From NCBI GenBank assembly GCA_963775895.1, contig CAVZKL010000001.1, forward strand, positions 1 to 10,790: DNA of 10,790 bases, written 5' to 3'. Below, piece by piece: positions 7,143 through 10,790 of the stretch. The position numbers and the translations under genes are program-made. Below the pieces are notes generated by a model. The model was not told the origin of the DNA. It did no database searches and saw only the letters and a list, made by a program, of their open reading frames with translations. The stretch's first letter is position 1, and every line of letters starts with the position of its first letter. The DNA is from Candidatus Bathyarchaeota archaeon. Its GTDB lineage: Archaea; Thermoproteota; Bathyarchaeia; Bathyarchaeales; Bathycorpusculaceae.

Positions 7143-8288
7143 ATGAACTCTGGCGGAGGGAAAACGTTGGCTAAGGTTCGCCCTGCGGAAAACTTGCTCA
7201 TGTACTCACAGCATCGTGCCGAAGCTCAAGGAGTGGGTAATAGCGGCGAATGCAGGATTGCGGTGGTCGGCGTTGGAACCGGCGGCAGCAACACAGTAAG
7301 CAGACTGAAGGAATCAGGATCAACTTCAGCAAAATGCGTCATCATAGACACTGATTGTGCCAAATTGAAATATTCGAGGGCGGACGAGAAAATTCTCATC
7401 GGCCAAAAACTCACGAAGGGACGCGGTGTTCACAGAAATCCAAAACTCGGCAGAGCCGCCGCAGAAGAATCTAGGAAGAGCGTGGACGCTTTGCTCTCAA
7501 AGGTTGAAATTGCTTTCATAACCGCTGGACTAGGTGGTGGAACCGGTGCTGGTGCCGCTCCGATTGTCGCTGAAATCATGAGAAGCAAAGGCGCAGCAAC
7601 GGTCGGCGTCGTCACAATGCCTTTCCGCGTTGAAAAAGGCAGAGACAAGAGTGCTGCAGAAGCGTTGGCTGAGATGCGAAGACATTGTGACACAGTTGTC
7701 GTGATAGACAACGACAAGCTGGCGCAGCTCGCACCGCACCTGCCGATGGACGAGGCCTTCAAAGTTTCTGACCAAGTGCTAGCAAACATGATAAAAGGAA
7801 TCGTCGAAACCATCTCAACGCCAAGTTTGATCAATCTTGATTTCGCGGACTTCAAAACCATCATCAGCCACGGCGGAATGGCAGTTGTCGGCGTGGGCGA
7901 ATCTGACGCACCGAACAGGGCTGAAGAGGCCGTACGAAACGCCTTCAGGACTCCTCTGTACGATCTGAGTTACGCAGGAGCAACGGGAGCTCTGATACAC
8001 GTGACGGGTGACAACCGTATGACAATTCAAGAGGCAAACCGTGTAGGCGAGATCGCGTCAGAAATAATGGAAGGCAACGTTCGAGTTGTGTGGAGCGCAA
8101 AGGTGGATCCTCAACAGGAAGGAAAGCTGAAGGTTACGCTGGTGATGACGGGTTTAGATTCGCCTCAAAGAGAAAGCCGCTTCGGATCGATTGCACCGCA
8201 ACTTTTCAACTTGGAACCCTACGCAGGGCACGAGAAGTCTCTAGGAATAGACCTTGACCTTTACCAGATGGAACGTGGCGCGAGCTAA
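7143..8288 (+). CDS. ftsZ: Cell division protein FtsZ, divergent paralogue (alternative start TTG 7167 after SD GGAGGG)
   Basis: VVGVGTGGSN, FITAGLGGGTGAGAAP tubulin signature, PFRVE, IDNDKL, T7 loop INLDFAD, GATGALIHVTG, VTLVMTG. Confidence 0.93.
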   Translation: MNSGGGKTLAKVRPAENLLMYSQHRAEAQGVGNSGECRIAVVGVGTGGSNTVSRLKESGSTSAKCVIIDTDCAKLKYSRADEKILIGQKLTKGRGVHRNPKLGRAAAEESRKSVDALLSKVEIAFITAGLGGGTGAGAAPIVAEIMRSKGAATVGVVTMPFRVEKGRDKSAAEALAEMRRHCDTVVVIDNDKLAQLAPHLPMDEAFKVSDQVLANMIKGIVETISTPSLINLDFADFKTIISHGGMAVVGVGESDAPNRAEEAVRNAFRTPLYDLSYAGATGALIHVTGDNRMTIQEANRVGEIASEIMEGNVRVVWSAKVDPQQEGKLKVTLVMTGLDSPQRESRFGSIAPQLFNLEPYAGHEKSLGIDLDLYQMERGAS

Positions 8289-8301
8289 CCCTAACTACAA
8301 A

Positions 8302-8328
8302 TTCTCTTTTTCTAATCCTTCTTTCTTA
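8302..8328 (+). terminator. Pyrimidine/T-rich terminator candidate after ftsZ
   Basis: TTCTCTTTTTCTAATCCTTCTTTCTT begins about 13 nt after the stop. Confidence 0.4.
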
Positions 8329-8418
8329 AAGTGTTTTCTCATATCGTAATATGTCAGATTTCGAAATAACCCTCTATAAACATGCAACCACCTCTTCTTC
8401 AGATCAGAGGATAAGCCA

Positions 8419-8622
8419 ATGGTTGATTGCCCAAAATGCGGAGAACCCCTCGTTAAAGGAGGAAAGGGCAAGTACTTCTGCGAGAACGACCAGTGCTCAG
8501 TGATATTTGTCAGATATCCCTCATTTCCGAGCAAAACTAAGCTGGTTGCTTCATCCTTGGCGAAGCCCGACAAAACATTTCGAATCAAAACACATGCAGA
8601 TATAGACCTCATTAAAGCCTAG
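8419..8622 (+). CDS. Small zinc-ribbon protein (CPKC...CENDQC), 67 aa
   Basis: MVDCPKCGEPL...KYFCENDQC; upstream TATA-like CTATAAA and SD-like GAGG. Confidence 0.65.
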   Translation: MVDCPKCGEPLVKGGKGKYFCENDQCSVIFVRYPSFPSKTKLVASSLAKPDKTFRIKTHADIDLIKA

Positions 8623-8956
8623 TTTGATCTGTGATTTTCAAGAACTGTATCGTTATCTGATTGACGATTTCGTTATTCAGTATTGCAGAAAACTGAACAG
8701 AAAAGACTTCACTGTGAAATCAGAAGATTTCTCAACAAAGCGAAAGGGCAAAAGGGAATATCTTAACGATTCTCAGACACATGATTTTGTCAAGGCTCTG
8801 AATCAGTATTTCCAGAGCAAAATCAAAATGCCAAGAGTTAGAATGGGTGAACAACAGGAAATTGAAACATTGATCAATGAAGAAGCTTTACTGTTGGCTC
8901 AGTATCTGAGAAATGAAAGGCAAGAATGGAATCCTAGACTCGGTGGAATTGCTTGA
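8615..8956 (+). pseudogene. cas1: C-terminal fragment of a stand-alone Cas1 (Cas1-solo/casposase-like)
   Basis: In-frame KPSLICDFQELYRYLIDDFVI matches the Cas1 SLxxDxxExxR motif; ends LINEEALLLAQYLRNERQEWNPR. An in-frame stop lies at 8603-8605, and the N-terminal domain and GFLH motif are absent. Confidence 0.75.
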
Positions 8957-8974
8957 TGTCTCAGAAAAAGGGAG

Positions 8975-9036
8975 GCGCGCGCGCTAGAAAACAGTATGCC
9001 TTCCTTCAAAAAGTTTGGGCTGAGAGAGCGCGCGCG
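8975..9036. repeat. Two (GC)n tracts forming a 10-bp inverted repeat CGCGCGCGCT...AGCGCGCGCG
   Basis: (GC)5 at 8975-8984 and GCGCGCGCG at 9028-9036; arms 8976-8985 and 9027-9036 are 41 nt apart. Confidence 0.6.
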
Positions 9037-9363
9037 AGGGAAAGCGCTTCCTTCGGCATCTCCTTGAGCATTCTGATCTTGCGCCTTTCCATTTCCGTCC
9101 ACATTTCTACTGCGTAGATGGACAGGAGAGCCTCTTTCCCTGCGGGTGTTAAATCGTACAGCCCATCTCCCCTGACCGCCACAAGTTCTCCCAGTTCTTA
9201 AGATGATAGTCGACGTTTCCGCTGCTCGCATAGCCAAGCTGTCTTTCAGGGAAGCGAAACTGGAAGGCTGCTTCTCAAGGATCTTAAGAATCTTGATCCG
9301 TACAGGATGCGCGATCGCCTCGAAAAGCTCTGCAGAATCTACCATCGCAAATCCTGAAACCAT
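8984..9363 (-). pseudogene. ArsR-type winged HTH regulator with two -1 frameshifts (about 9245 and 9195), possibly 3'-truncated
   Basis: ELFEAIAHPVRIKILKILEKQPSSFASLK; restoring one A in each of two A-runs gives RQLGYASSGNVDYHLKKLGELV...DGLYDLTPAGKEAL, a complete ArsR wHTH, ending at TAG 8986-8984. Confidence 0.75.
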
Positions 9364-9507
9364 TCTGTGAAACGTTTCTACTTAATCCTTGCTGTATCAG
9401 CGCGCGGTGGTGAAAACTGAAAGTTTCATAAGCAACTTGTACTCATGCTTGCAACAGTATTGTAGTCAACTCAATTTACGCATTCGACTGAAGAAGGTGT
9501 AGACAAA

Positions 9508-10790
9508 ATGAAAAGCCTGCTAATTCTGATTCTAATCGGAGTTATGTGTTTTTCAATGTCCCTGTCACTGTTGAGCATTAATTCGGTGAACGGTGTATCG
9601 CCTAGGTTGATTAGGGTTATGAGTTCCGTGACAGGCTTGAACTCTACAACTCTCGGAAACTCGACTGGTCCGCTGCCTCTAAGTGGCATCCCCTTCAGTT
9701 TGAACATTTCATTGAGCGGCGAAACAACTAACTTAGGAACTTGGCAGGTGGCGATCACGTTTGACAATAACTCGTTAAGATGTACTGACATTTCAATACC
9801 CGAGTCCGATCCAACCTACGTTTTTCACGGTCTACAAGAAATAAAAGCGGTTGATTTCAGTGACACAGCTCAAAATGGGACATACACGGGAGGAAAACCT
9901 GAGATTGTCGCTGGAGGCGCTTTGTTGGACGTGACCCAAGCGGTGTCAACGAACAACTCTTTGCTATGTACAATGAACTTCACGTCGTTCAAGGTGGGCA
10001 AGGAAATGAGACCACAATTTCGTTCTGGCCCTACAATCCCGCGAGTGAGACGTTTTTGTGGGACAGTAATGGTGTAGACATTCCGTTTGGCACCGAGGGT
10101 TTTTCGGTTAACATTCTAGAAGGCGTGCAGGCGCGCTTTGACGCGACGGGTCTGGATTCATCTGCCACCGCCACAGTCGTAACAGTCAATGGTTTCCTGT
10201 TAGCGCCAACCAAATGCCATACTCCACTTGGATTCAAAAAGGATCAACAGTGACCTATTTCTACAGCAACGTTACAAGTTCGATTGCTGGTAAACAGTTT
10301 GCATTAAATGAAGTGATAGGTCCAAACTCTCCGATTACTGTGACTACCTCGGTCAACATAACCGGAAACTACAAGACTCAGTACTATCTGACTGTGGCAT
10401 CAACTTCTGACTCGCCAAATCCAACAAGCGCTTGGTTCGACAACGGAACAAGCATCACAGCATCAGTCACTTCACCTTTGTCTGGTCCCCAAGGCACACG
10501 CTATGTCTGCACTGGCTGGTCTGGAACAGGAAGTGTTCCTTCCTCTGGAGGGGGTTCAAGCACAGTATTCACTCTGAATCAACCTTCGAGCATCACATGG
10601 AACTGGAAAACACTGTACCTTCTAACAGTATCCACAAGCCCTAGCTTTTTGAGTCCCCAACCTTCAAGGGCACCGATCGGTGAAAATGCTTCGGCAAACA
10701 GTTGGTGGTATGACTCTGCCACGAGCGTTGCCTTGACAGCTGAAACAGTGGAAAATTACACCTTCAATCTCTGGAAGGTTGACAATGTTC
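9508..10790 (+). CDS. Large secreted/surface glycoprotein: signal peptide, cohesin-like beta-sandwich, then beta-rich repeats; two -1 frameshifts (about 9997 and 10194); runs off the window
   Basis: MKSLLILILIGVMCFSMSLSLL signal; FSLNISL...LGTWQVAITFDNNSL...LLCTMNF cohesin-like pattern. Frame from 10214 is open to the window end, with repeats YKTQYYLTV..SAWFDNGT...YVCTGWSGTG / WKTLYLLTV...WWYDSAT...YTFNLWKVD; many NxS/T sequons. Confidence 0.8.

Noticed and set aside
8289-9507. CRISPR array near the cas1 fragment
   Set aside because: No regularly spaced direct repeats of about 24-40 bp are visible here or elsewhere in the window.

Overview
Archaeal window; the gene repertoire and protein styles suggest Bathyarchaeia (inference). 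Left part (141-4773): two divergent PadR-family regulators, a non-canonical trans-isoprenyl diphosphate synthase-fold (polyprenyl synthetase family) enzyme, an unannotated 16-codon minus-strand ORF (MAKVKKRNVPVRTFPL) with its own SD and TATA-like box, an MFS transporter and an AF0577/TIGR04084-type radical SAM/SPASM enzyme. Together these look like a candidate ComQ/ComX-like peptide prenylation/export/signalling or RiPP module. Middle (4833-8288): MazG-like protein, small EF-Tu/U32-C-like beta-barrel protein, archaeal-type tRNA methylthiotransferase and a divergent FtsZ. Right (8419-10790): small Zn-ribbon protein, a C-terminal Cas1 fragment with no array, a broken ArsR-type HTH gene and the 5' part of a large secreted repeat protein. 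Seven apparent single-base frameshifts in five genes, mostly at short homopolymers, suggest sequencing indels rather than true pseudogenes. All family calls are from motif recognition, not database searches.
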